Source of the DNA: Azolla caroliniana
Taxonomy: Eukaryota; Plantae; Polypodiophyta
DNA length: 64,000 nucleotides
Direction of reading: 5' to 3'
Assembly: GCA_043228905.1 (NCBI GenBank)
Contig: JBHGNT010000001.1
Coordinates: forward strand, 24,118,001 to 24,182,000
Shown here: in pieces, positions 49,912 to 60,985 of the stretch
How the letters are laid out: each line of letters opens with the position of its first letter
How positions within the stretch are numbered: position 1 is the stretch's first letter
Notes under the pieces: model-generated
What the model was told of the DNA's origin: nothing
The model's database searches: none
The model's input: the letters and a program-made list of their open reading frames with translations, nothing else
Program-made: the position numbers and the translations under genes

Positions 49912-52900
49912 TGTTAGGAATATGTCCTTCCTATGGGAGGAGCTGACTGTTCGATTGAAAGAGGGTCGATAGTTGAAGACAAGGAGTTGACTGGTCGAAC
50001 TGAGAGCCAACAATTGAAGACATGGAACAGTCAATTGAGAGAGTCGACATGGTGATAGTCAATTGGGAAGGGTGGACAGTAGATGATCCATGTCGAAGAC
50101 AAGACCGACTAGTCAGGGTGGCCAGATGGTCGACTAACCAGGCCGACTTGAACAGTCGACATAAGAGCTGGCTAGTTGAATCGACTAGTCAACCAGTCGG
50201 CTGATTAACTAGTATCGTTGTTACTATAATAATAGTATTATTAGTAATAAGGAATATATTTGTAAAATAGCCCATAATGTGTATAAGTATAAATACACTT
50301 AGGGCAAACAAGACTTGAATAGAACAGAACAAGAGAAGTGCTGAACAGAGAGTGTTGGTGAACGACGCCATAGCTGAGTGAGCTTAGACGTCAAGCACCC
50401 TGCGCTATTGGTGTGCTCTATTATAAGAGTGTTGTAATCTATTTTATCTCTGTGTATTCTCTAATATAGTGGATCTCTATTCCCGTGGTTTTCCCCATTT
50501 AGGGTTTCCATGTTAAACATTGTGTATTTGTTGTTTTTTTCTGTTCCATGTTGTGTATTTTTCGACACAGTGTTCTCACAGATCTTCGGCCCCATCTGTA
50601 CGAACTGGTATCAGAGCATTGAGGTGAAAGATGGAGAGAGGTGTGAGTTGCTTCCCAAGAATGATGGTCCTAAACTCTAAAAACTATGCAGGCTGGAAGA
50701 TCAAGATGGAAGATCTTCTCATTGTCAAAGACTTGTATGAGCCCATCGACAGAGCAGAAATACCCATGGGGGTGTTAGAGTCTAAATGGAAGCTTCTGAA
50801 TAGAAAGGCGGTGGTCACCATCTGACAATGCGTCGATGTGAGTGTCCTTCAACATGTGACCAATGACACAAATGCCAATGAGATGTGGCAGAAGTTGTAA
50901 GGTCTATATGAGAGGAAGAACACCCTCAACAAAACATCTTTGATGAGAAAGATAGTAAGACTAAAATACAGAGATGGAGAAAATATAGTCAAGCACATAA
51001 AAAAATTCATGGGGTATGTGAACCAACTGCGGCAACCAAGTTTCCCTTGGATGATGCTATGCAAGCAATACTACTGTTGTGTACCCTGCCAAATAGTTGG
51101 GAGAATCTGGTGGTGACTCTCAGCACCTCATGTCAAGAAGAAAACTTGTCCTTGCAAGTGGTAAAAACAAGCATCTTGAACGAGGAAACTAGAAGGAAGG
51201 ACAAGGGTGTCCTATCCCAGTTAAAGTCAAATATGGCTCAACATCTTGGCAGAGGAAGGAGCAGACAGAGAAGCCCACAAAAGAGGGATAAATCCCAAGC
51301 CAAATCCAGGTCCAGAGGTAAGCTCACATGTTTCTATTGTTGAAAGCCTGGACACTTCCAGAAGGACTGTCGACACCTTAAGAAGAGCAAAGGTGCTTCA
51401 AAGGATGTCGAACCCTGAAAGATTTTTGAGGAAAAGGACACATCGGCCATAACCACAACTAAAGAAGAGATCTTGTTCATTTGTGAGCAGGCAACTGCAA
51501 ATCTTGCAAGTGAAGAGACCGCCTAGGTGCATCCTTCCATATAATTCCCTTGAGAGAGTGTTTCTCGACTTACATAGCCAGAGACCATGGCTATGTGAAG
51601 ATGGGGGATAATGGGGAATGCAAGATAATCGGAGTCGGAAATGTATGCCTAACAATGTCGACAGGTTGTCGGCTGATCCTAAAGGATGTCTGACACGTGC
51701 CTGATATCAGGCTAAATCTGATATTGACTAGAAGGATGGACGACGAAGGCTATAATGGTAGTTTTTGAAATGGCAAGTGGATGTTATGCCAAGGAAACCT
51801 CATAATGGCCCGAGCACACAAACAAGGCACATTGTATATGATGCAGACAAAGCTATGCAAGTCGGAAGCAAATGTGGCAGTCGACTCGAGTGGAGAGTTA
51901 TGGCATAAGAGTCTTGGCCAGATGAGTGAAAAAGGAATGCATATCTTAGCCGACTAGGAACTTCTCCCATAAGTGAAAGGAGTACACTTGGAGAAGTGTG
52001 TCGACTGCTTAGTCAGAAAGCAGAACAGAGTTGCATTCCACTCAAGACCACTAAGGAGAAGAGAAGCCGCACTGGAACTAGTACACACTAATGTGTGTTA
52101 AGAATCAACCGGCCACAACCAGTTTCACGTTCGTATTCGGGTGCAAAGAATCGGTATAGACAATACATAGACAGATAAATGAGGGAGTAGAAAAAACGAA
52201 GAAAAATAGAGACACAGAGTTTAACGTGGAAAACCCAAAAGGGAAAAACCGTGGGGGTCCACAAACCCCAAGAAACAGATCACGATAATAGAGGATAAGT
52301 ACAAATAAGAATCTCGGAGGCAATGACCTTGAGTTCTCCTTCGTTTGATAGACGGCTATAGAGTTACACTCTCACTCTCTCACTCTCGCTCACAGTTACA
52401 GAAGCAACTACCTTATTCTAACTTTACAACAATGATCAACTACACATTCATAAAGTTTGCCCTAGCTGCTTATATACTAAAACAACCTTCAGGCTATTTA
52501 CAATATAGCCCACAAGGGGCACGTTCAGACTATTTACAATTACAGTCTTCTGAATCGGCTCTTGAATCAATTTCGGTTCTTGATTTCGATCTCGGTTCCG
52601 AAATACTCATTCACTCCATCCGATTTGGTTCCTTCTCTTCCCATCCGGGAGGAACCTATTTCCCAACAAACTCCCCCTTTACTCCGGTATGGGGTACTTA
52701 TCCAATCCGACTCTTTGTTGGCACAAATTCAGCTTCTCGGCCGACAACACCTTCGTAAGCATGTCTGACCCATTGTCGTTTGTGTGGATCTTTACAAGAG
52801 CAAAATCCTTTTCTTCTATTGGCTCTCATAGCCAATGGTATCTTCTTTGGATGTGCTTGGTTCTCGAGTGGTAGGCATCATCTTTTGCAAGCTGGATGAC

Positions 52901-53777
52901 ACTCTGGTTATCGCAATCGAGTTGGAATTCCTCTTGCCGAATTCCCAACTCTCCGATGAACTCCCTCATCCAAATCACTTCCTTGCGAGTTTCCGCTGCG
53001 GCCATATACTCAGCTTCTGTGGTCGACAATGCCACCACCTTCTGGAACCTCGACTACCACGAAACAACTCCCCCTGCATAAGTCATCATGTATCTGGACG
53101 TGGACCGGCTGGTATCCACATCAGTTGACATGTCCGAATCCGTATAACCTTCTTGTGTGGGGTTACCTGAGCCGAATCGAAGACACATGCTCAAGGTGCC
53201 TCTGAGGTACTGAAATATCCATTTGACTGCTGCCCAATGCCCTCTTCTAGGATTGCTCATATATCAGCTAACCACTCCGATTGCATACGCGATGTCTTGC
53301 CTTGTACACACCATCCTATTCGGATCCTTCTCTTCCCATCCAGAGGGAGTTGTTTCCCAACATGTTCATTGACGTCTACAGTGGAAAAGGTGTGGGTGTT
53401 TGTACTAAAGTCTAAGGACCACGTAGTATCGTTCTTTAAGAAGTTCTAGGCAAGAGCTGAAAGAGAGTCGGGTCTGAAGCTAAAGGCTATCCGAACCAAC
53501 ACTGGTGGCAGTTCGAGGAATACTCGAAGGCCCAAGGTATTCGAACTGAATACACAGTGCTGAAGACCCCTGAGTTGAACAAGCTTGTAGAGAAGATGAA
53601 TCGAACAATCATGGAGAGAGTAAGGAGCATGTTGTCGCATGCTAAATTACCGAAATCATACTAGGCTGGGGCGATGTATACAACAGTTTATCTGATCAAT
53701 AGGTCTCCCTCAATGCCATTGAAAGGTGATGTCCCATAGAGGGTGTGGACAAGAAGAGATATCTCCTACCGACACCT
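49912..53777 (+). mobile_element. Degenerate copia element K: 5' LTR about 49912-50602, PBS 50606-50617, gag-PR-INT, interrupted by L and truncated by M
   Basis: The gag MMVLNSKNYAGWKIKMEDLL is homologous to element A. Integrase resumes at 53363. Confidence 0.9.
52096..53362 (-). mobile_element. Internally deleted copia element L: 3' LTR 52096-52668, PPT, RNase H, 5' LTR stub about 53315-53362
   Basis: CCCAACA followed by AACTCCCCC. ALSTTEAEY motif. The LTR end TCCTTCTCTTCCCATCC...TTTCCCAACA is repeated. Confidence 0.85.
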
Positions 53778-55045
53778 TGTTGAGAATCAAATTGTTGATC
53801 CACAAGAACGGATACACTGAAATACACAACTCAGAAATGCAAGAAAACTATGCACACAGATTTAACGTGGAAACCCTAAAATGGGAGAAAAAACCACGGG
53901 AACAGAGCTTCATTATACAACGGATATACAGTAAAGAAGATTACAACACTCTATGTGTGGAGTATATCAGCCTCATAGGCTCTTGGCGTATGCTGTTACA
54001 AACACGGCTATGGTGCCACTCATTCTCACCTCTCACACCCTCACTCTCTGTCACACTTATCTGTTTGCCTTAGGTGTATTTATACTAATACACAGTATGG
54101 GCTATTTACAAACATGACCATTATTATTATCTAATAATAATAATAGTCTTACTAATTAGCCCACTCATCTGTCAACTGTTGGGCCGATTCGACTAGTCGG
54201 CTTGGTCATCGACAATCTAGTCAACGCGACTAGCAAGTTGTGTCTGTGACCTTGATCACTTCTTCTCGACTCTCCTAGTCGACTCCTTATGTCAATTCTT
54301 CGACTATTTGCCCTCTGGCCAATTAGTCAGATACTCCTTGTCTTCAACTGTTGGCTCTTCTCGACCCGAATTGTCGGCTCCTCATCTTCGATTCCTCCTT
54401 ATGTCAAGTCTTCGACTGTATGCCCTTTGGCCAATTAGTCGGATACTCCTTGTCTTCGACTGTTGGCTCTTCTCGACCCGAACAATCAGCTCCTCCCACT
54501 AGAGGGACATATTCCCAACAAACTCCCCCTTCACTCCTATGGGAGGGAATCGGTCAGTCTTGTCGTCTGTCGACAAATTCTGAGTGTGTCCATTGGTAGG
54601 TTCTTCATGAGCATGTCGGATCCATTGTCGTCAGTATGAATCTTCATGAAGGTAAACTCTCCTTCATCCACCTTCTCCCGCAACTAGTGGTACCTCCTCT
54701 GTATATGCTTTCTTGGCTAGATGTATGGCTCTTTTGCTGTCACAATGAAGCAAGTACTCCCTTTGCATCATTCCCAACTCACTAAGAAAATTTCTCATCC
54801 AAATAAGCTAATTTCCGGCCTCTACCGTTGCCATATACTCCGCCTTTGTAGTTGACAAGGCTACAGATTTCCGTAGTCGTGACTACCACGACATTGTTCC
54901 CCCTGCATACATCATCACGTAACCTGATGTGGATCGACTTGAGTCTACATCCTCTGACATGTCTGAGTCGGTAAACCCTTCGAGCATAGGTTTCCTAACA
55001 CCATACCTAAGGCATACTCTCGAGGTGCCTTTCAAGTACCCTGCA
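53778..55045 (-). mobile_element. copia element M (K family): 3' LTR 53778-54520 with an internal duplication of about 112 bp, PPT and RNase H fragment
   Basis: The LTR start TGTTGGGAATATGTCCCTCTAGTGGGAGGAGCTGA matches 49912. Confidence 0.87.
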
Positions 55046-58000
55046 GTAAGAAAACCCCACAATTCTCGTTTAACTTGTGCATAATTTCTTTGTCTGTCAT
55101 TTAATTATCTTTGCTCCAAATCTGATAGCATATCGATGTTGGTCTTCATCTTATTGGTTGATAACCCAACCAATCCCAATTGGGCTAGTATCAACTGTCA
55201 CTATAATTGGTCTTTCACCTTTGTAGTCTGGTTGACGAAGAACTGGAGCTTTCAATAATGCTTCTTTCAATTGTTGCACAACTTGTGTATGTTCATCAGT
55301 CCAAATAAACTTCTTCCCTTTTTATAAAATTTGGTAGAGAGAATCTGATACATGTGGAAAGCGTGGTCACCAAATATGATAAAACACACATGCACCTAAA
55401 AATCTTCTCACCTCTGTTACCGATTAGCAAACCTCCTTCATATTTTGTATTGCGTTAATTTTGATCGGTGAAGGATTCCTCCCATACCAGCCACACATAT
55501 GACCAACTATCAGAACTTCGTTTTGCCCAAAGCTTGACTTTGTTCCTGATAGTGTCAAATGTACTTGCTTAAGCTTATTTATAATACTTTCACAATCATT
55601 AATGTGATCCATCACAAACTTTCTGCAACCATTTCCAACCATAGTCTCATCTTTCTCTCTTTCTAAGCATCCTTTAACAGTAATATCATCTAAAAATGGC
55701 ATAGTTACCTTTGGGATGTATTAATGTAGAAGTTTGTTCATTGCATTCATCATATGAGTAATTGAATTTGTCGCACCTTGAGGTAGGGTGCACTTTCGAA
55801 CCAACCCAATTGGTGTTTTCATTGTTGTGATATTGCGACTATCAATTGCTAGTTGAAATTGGTCGTATCTTGAGTATAGGTCTCCCACAGAGTAAATTGC
55901 TCTCCCAGCAAAAGCTTCCGTAAATTCATCAATGATCGGCTTGATTCCTGCATTTCGGATTTTGACTTTGTTGACTAGTTGTAAATCTTGAATGAATCTT
56001 AGAGAACCATCTTTCTTTGGAACTGTGAACCATCTATTGGAGTATGGTGCATTTGAAGGCTCTAAAATCTTAATCTTGTCAACTTTATCCTTTAGCAGCT
56101 CCAACAATTGAGGTAATCGAGCTCTCGGTACTGCAATAGGTTTAAAATTCCAAGGAATATGAGGGATAGTAAATATTACCATTGGTGTCACCACCTTTGG
56201 ATCTACACAACCAATCTCCTCAAGTTTGATTGCGAACGCTTTCCCATGCCTAAAGATCATTTCATTGAAAGTCGCGATCTCTGATTGTAGAAGAAATTCA
56301 CCCCCTCCGATTCTCAAGTTATTTATTGTCTCCGAAGTGAACTGATGTCCGATCTTCTCTTAGATTGGTCGAAGCATAGACTCGGTTGCTGCTGTCTCCA
56401 TCTTCTCTTCACTACTAATAGGTAATGGTACTGCAACAAGTTTGACCTTTTTATCTATTGTTTTGTATTTTGTATTACATAAACTTTTTGCTTCTTCATA
56501 TTTACAATTATGCCTATCAATCTCATAATACATATCAATTGAGTTTACATGTATCTTTCTAACACTCTCATCATCTTCTTTCAAATACATTTCTAACTCT
56601 TCTATAGTATTTGCAAAAGAAATTTCTTCCATAACACTTTCAATGTGCTCTTCCATTTGAAGTACTCCATTATCCTTCAATGCATGTTGAAACAAATTAG
56701 CATTCTTTTTCAAGTTCATCTTGAATTCATACATCCTAGTCACACATATAGCTCCACTTTCAGAAACATGAAATGACTTATTCATATGTTGTAATGCCTT
56801 ACGTGAGGGTCTTTTAATAATGGGACTATTGCAACCAATAGTCCTAGTCAAAAACCTGATTATCAAAATCATGACATTCTTTTGGTATCAAATGATCACG
56901 AATCTCTTGCTTGTTCCTCTCATGATTTGGGTGAACTGTCATAAACTGTATAGTTCATCGTCCATCTTGGCTACGGATTTTTGCATAAGCAGAACCATTG
57001 TTGAGAACTTTGGTCTCTATCCGTACTGCTGTGATGTATGGTTGCCCCAAGATTATCGGATAGGTAGATCCTTCCTGCACAAATAAATCTTCAGTGATTG
57101 ATGTGGCCGCTTTTACGCGCCAACCATGCTAAGTATCAATTGGCCATCTACCTTTCCTGTAAAAATCAACACTCGTTATATTTATTTCAGAACCATGATC
57201 AATAAGTGCCATCACCGGGAATCTTCACATGATGCTTAGTAGTGGCTCTTGCCCAACATTTGTGAGAGTAGTGGCTTTTTGTATCTGTTGAACTTATCAT
57301 TGAGGTTGATGCATGTTGAGAGTCAACAATGATATTGTTCGACTCGTTGCTCACCACTTCATATGCCACCTTCGGATTTGTATCTTTCACCTGCTCATTT
57401 ACTTGCTTCTTTCTTCGCACAATATAAATTATTTCATCATGAAATTCCCTTTCTGCAATACCTAACACTTCTCTTAGTGTAAATTCTACACGACTATCTA
57501 GTATTCTTGTTTCTAAAGTTTTCTTTAAATCTGTATCCTTTTCAATATCAAACATTAATTTGAATGAAGGACCAGATTCACCTTTTTCGACTTTTGCATC
57601 CATCTCTTTTCTTTTGCTTTCTCTTGTTTCATGTTTGTTTGTCGAACCAATCTCATCATCCGGCCTTTTCCTTTTTCTTCCACTATCACCTCATGATCTT
57701 AGTGTTCTGCCATCTAAGCATAGACTATCATAGCACTACCAGAACATCCCATCCAATATTTCTCCTTACAAAATCTCCGGCAACACGAAGGTCTTCCATC
57801 TTCATCTTTTGCTTTTGTGCGAAACTTACAACCTTGTCCCAGAATGATGATCGACATGGCGTGTCATCAAGCACATGTTCACCATAAGGTATCTACAATA
57901 TCAATATGCATATTTTACTCTTGTAAAAACAGAGATTTTAGTACAATTCGAGTTCATGTAAACCCTAAACCTCTTTTATTTGAAAAGAAAGAAGATTTCT

Positions 58001-59586
58001 AAACATGAACTCCATACATTGTATCGAGTTGATGTAAAAAACAAAGTTTTCATCACAATTCCATACAATGTATCAAGTTGATGTTTAAAGTTTTTTCTTT
58101 AAAAATATCTCAGATTGAAGGCTAACAAGATTTAGTGCACATAGTTTGGAGACACCATTTGGTGAAGACAATGATTCGATTGGTACATTTGAAAATGAGG
58201 AGGAAGAGTCACAAATGTATATTAGCTATAGTTGTGATTCTCATGAAAGGAATGATGATAGTGATGCAAAAACTCCTAAATGTATTTTTTGAGCAACAAT
58301 ATGTAACAAATTTAGACAACATTTTATCGAATGAAATAAAAAAGTTGATTGTTTTGAAATCTTTCGCGTATGATTTCGTTAGGATCTAAAATACTACTAG
58401 TTGTAATTTTTCCTTAAAAATACACAAAGTTACTTTTTGTATTTGGCCAAAATTTGACATTTTTCAATTTTACCAAATGGTGAAAGTTTTAGCTTTTTCA
58501 TCAAGTTTTCGAGAACATGTGATACTGGTATCAAGGTGTTTTGTGAAATGGCTGAAAAAGCCACAAAATCAAACAGAATATTGCTTATCCTTCCATTTGT
58601 GCGCAATCCCTCCACTTGTGAACACGAACGTGTTTTGACATCATTCACACCAGACATTTCCATTTCATCATAATATATATTGACATACTTTGAAATATTT
58701 ATGCCATCAAACACACCAATCTTCTCTCAAACTTTTCGTAAGGCATGAAATAATTGATCTTCATTCAATTTTTTAATAAACAACCTTACCGGATCCATTG
58801 TACTCGTACTTGCCATGTTGATGTTGATCTTTACTTTAGATGTCTCTTCTACTTCCCCGTTGTCGTGAAGATGTGCGTGCGTGTGTTGCTCAAACGGGAC
58901 CACCGGGGTCTCTGACCAGGGAGGACGTTTACCAAGTTATCGAGAAACAATGTTACCCTTGACAAGATCAAAAGATTGATGATTATAAGAAGTACAATAA
59001 GAAGTATCAAAGATGAACAATAGAAGTATAATTATAAGAAGAATTTTATATTGATGATAATGATGACGATGGTGATTATCACCTATTGAGCCCCCCCCCT
59101 TTACACAAGCCGTACTAGGGGTTTTATAGGTTTGTCCATGCACAAAACCATGGGCTTGGAGCCATGGTTTCTTTGCACACAGTTTTGCTTTGTGACATGC
59201 AGAAAACCATGGGCTTGGAGCCATGGTTTCTTTGCACACAGTTTTGCTTTGTGACATGCAGAAAACCATGGGCTTAAAACCGTGGTTTTGTGTACACAGT
59301 TTTGTACATTTGTTTCCTACGGAATACTGAATATGAGAAAGAAATATAGAACATTTGAAGCACTTAGTAGTAGCTTTAATGGTAAGGTAATTGCCTCTTA
59401 TCTTAAAGGTGCAAGGTTCAAATCCTACTTGCAACCCTCTACATGCACTAAATGCCGTTGTGACGTAGGTTTATTTATTACTGATTTATTTTCATTTTTA
59501 CAAGTACTCGTGAAATGTGTGTGGATCCTCATTTTTTGACTTTTTCTCGCATTAAACACGCCACATCACGACAACGTTTCACGACA
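55046..59586 (-). mobile_element. Degenerate Ty3/gypsy element N: 5' LTR about 58938-59586, putative PBS TGGTAAACG, gag, PR, RT, partial RNase H
   Basis: RT motifs LEPSNAPYSNRWFTVPKKDGSLRFIQDL, LPQGATNS, PFLDDI. Protease ALIDHGSEIN. RNase H VTVDTSP. Confidence 0.88.
59364..59437 (+). other. tRNA-like Pol III cassette in the LTR of element N (antisense)
   Basis: A-box TAGCTTTAATGG 59371-59382 and B-box GGTTCAAATCC 59415-59425, with T8-to-T54 spacing of 46 nt. Confidence 0.72.
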
Positions 59587-60064
59587 GGTTCACCAAATTG
59601 TGTCGTGGCATGGCTCGCTCAGAAATGATTGTTGCACAAACAGAAGATAACATGAAAGTGAGGAGGGAATCGCCGGGATTATGGATGGAAGAGACGAAGG
59701 AGTAGAGATGGAGTAAGTAGAGATCAACAAGATATGACAAGATGGGATGTAAAATGATAATTGAGGGAATGTAAGAAATTCATAATTATTTGATGAAAGA
59801 GTTACGAGCGTCATTGAACCTTTGCACTTTGCCTCACAAGGTAATCGTTTTTCACTTTCTTGATAGTAGACCAAGATCCTCCCTTCTATCTTCCGATGAA
59901 CATAAGACTCGAACCTCCGCCCTTTCGTTGTGAGTTGAGCACCACCACCACCAAGTTAGAGCGTCTCTTGTATATTAAAGATTATTTATTACCTTCCTCT
60001 TCTTCTCTTCCTTTTTCTCTCTTATGATGGTTTTTACATTATAATTTTCTATTAATCCGATACA

Positions 60065-60591
60065 TGTTGGGAAATCGGTCCCTCCGGATGGGATCCGGTC
60101 ATGAATGGAGAGGACCCGGTGAGAACCGGAAGAGAAGACATAATTGTAAATATGTTTGGAGTAAGCCTATTGAGGCTATATTTGTAAATATCCCTAAGTT
60201 CATATCAATATAAATATGACTTAGGGCAATCACTTTATGTGTGTGAGAGAGTGTCGTAGTCATATTGTTGTTGAGATAACTGTTGTATATATATAGAGAG
60301 AGATACAGAGCGATACTCTGTTGTAACCGCCGGTTGGCGAAGATATAGAGCTCGAGGTCGTTGCCTCGAAGTCTCTGTTTTGTACCTTTCCTATATAATG
60401 ATAGTTTGGAGTCCGTGGGCTCCCATGGTTTTTCCCTATTAGGGTTTTTTCCACGTAAACACTCTGTGTATACTCTATTGTTCTTTGTGTGTGTGCAGTC
60501 ACTCCCTACTTCCCGTTTCTGTGTTTTGATTTCCATCCAAGTGATTCAAGACTCGACTGTGGCCGAGCAATATTCCACTATTTTCTTCACA
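60065..60591 (+). mobile_element. copia solo LTR (element D-like family)
   Basis: TGTTGGGAAATCGGTCCC...CACA with near-TSD ATACA/GTACA; homologous to 12306-12833. Confidence 0.87.
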
Positions 60592-60749
60592 GTACAATAT
60601 AATTCTATACCCATCTTTGTGACTACACCCCCTTCTCTTTTTATAGCAAAGGGTAGTCTTGCATGTGGGCCATGTAGGGATAGTCTTCCATGTGGCCCAC
60701 ATGCACAAAGGCTCTTGCATGTGTACTATATTATTATAATGTATGTATC

Positions 60750-60822
60750 ATGAATGTTTGCTAACGGTAAGATGTGAGGCTCATAATGTGGAGGTTATTA
60801 GTTCAAGTCCTCTATTGTCCTT
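60750..60822 (+). other. tRNA-like cassette in LTR P (antisense)
   Basis: CTAACGGTAAG, CTCATAA loop, GGAGGTT, GTTCAAGTCC, with G18-to-T54 spacing of 36 nt. Confidence 0.6.
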
Positions 60823-60985
60823 ATAATACAATGGTGTACTTTATTCACCTCTATATATAATGTATAATACTATTATAGTGTTTTTTTAATATAATATTTA
60901 TGTATAAAATAGTATCAAAATTCTTTTTAGTTATGTATTTATCTTATTGTAGACTTTTAATGCGAAGCTTTCCTACTTCACGACA

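Larger units (their letters stand above)
59599..60985 (-). mobile_element. gypsy-type LTR P (TGTCGTG...CACGACA) followed by a PBS-like TGGTGAACC, interrupted by a copia solo LTR
   Basis: Minus-strand TATA CTATAAAAAGAGAAGGGGG at about 60630-60647. Architecture parallels the N LTR. It truncates the gag of element O. Confidence 0.62.

Noticed and set aside
44402-53778. Insertions J and M fall about 15 bp apart at homologous copia integrase positions
   Set aside because: Two events in a densely nested region are not enough to claim a hotspot.
59599-60985. Reading this block as the plus-strand 5' LTR of element O (head-to-head pair with N)
   Set aside because: The TATA and PBS-like sequence are on the minus strand, and the block abuts O within gag-homologous codons (GYFGGKD), so it truncates O instead.
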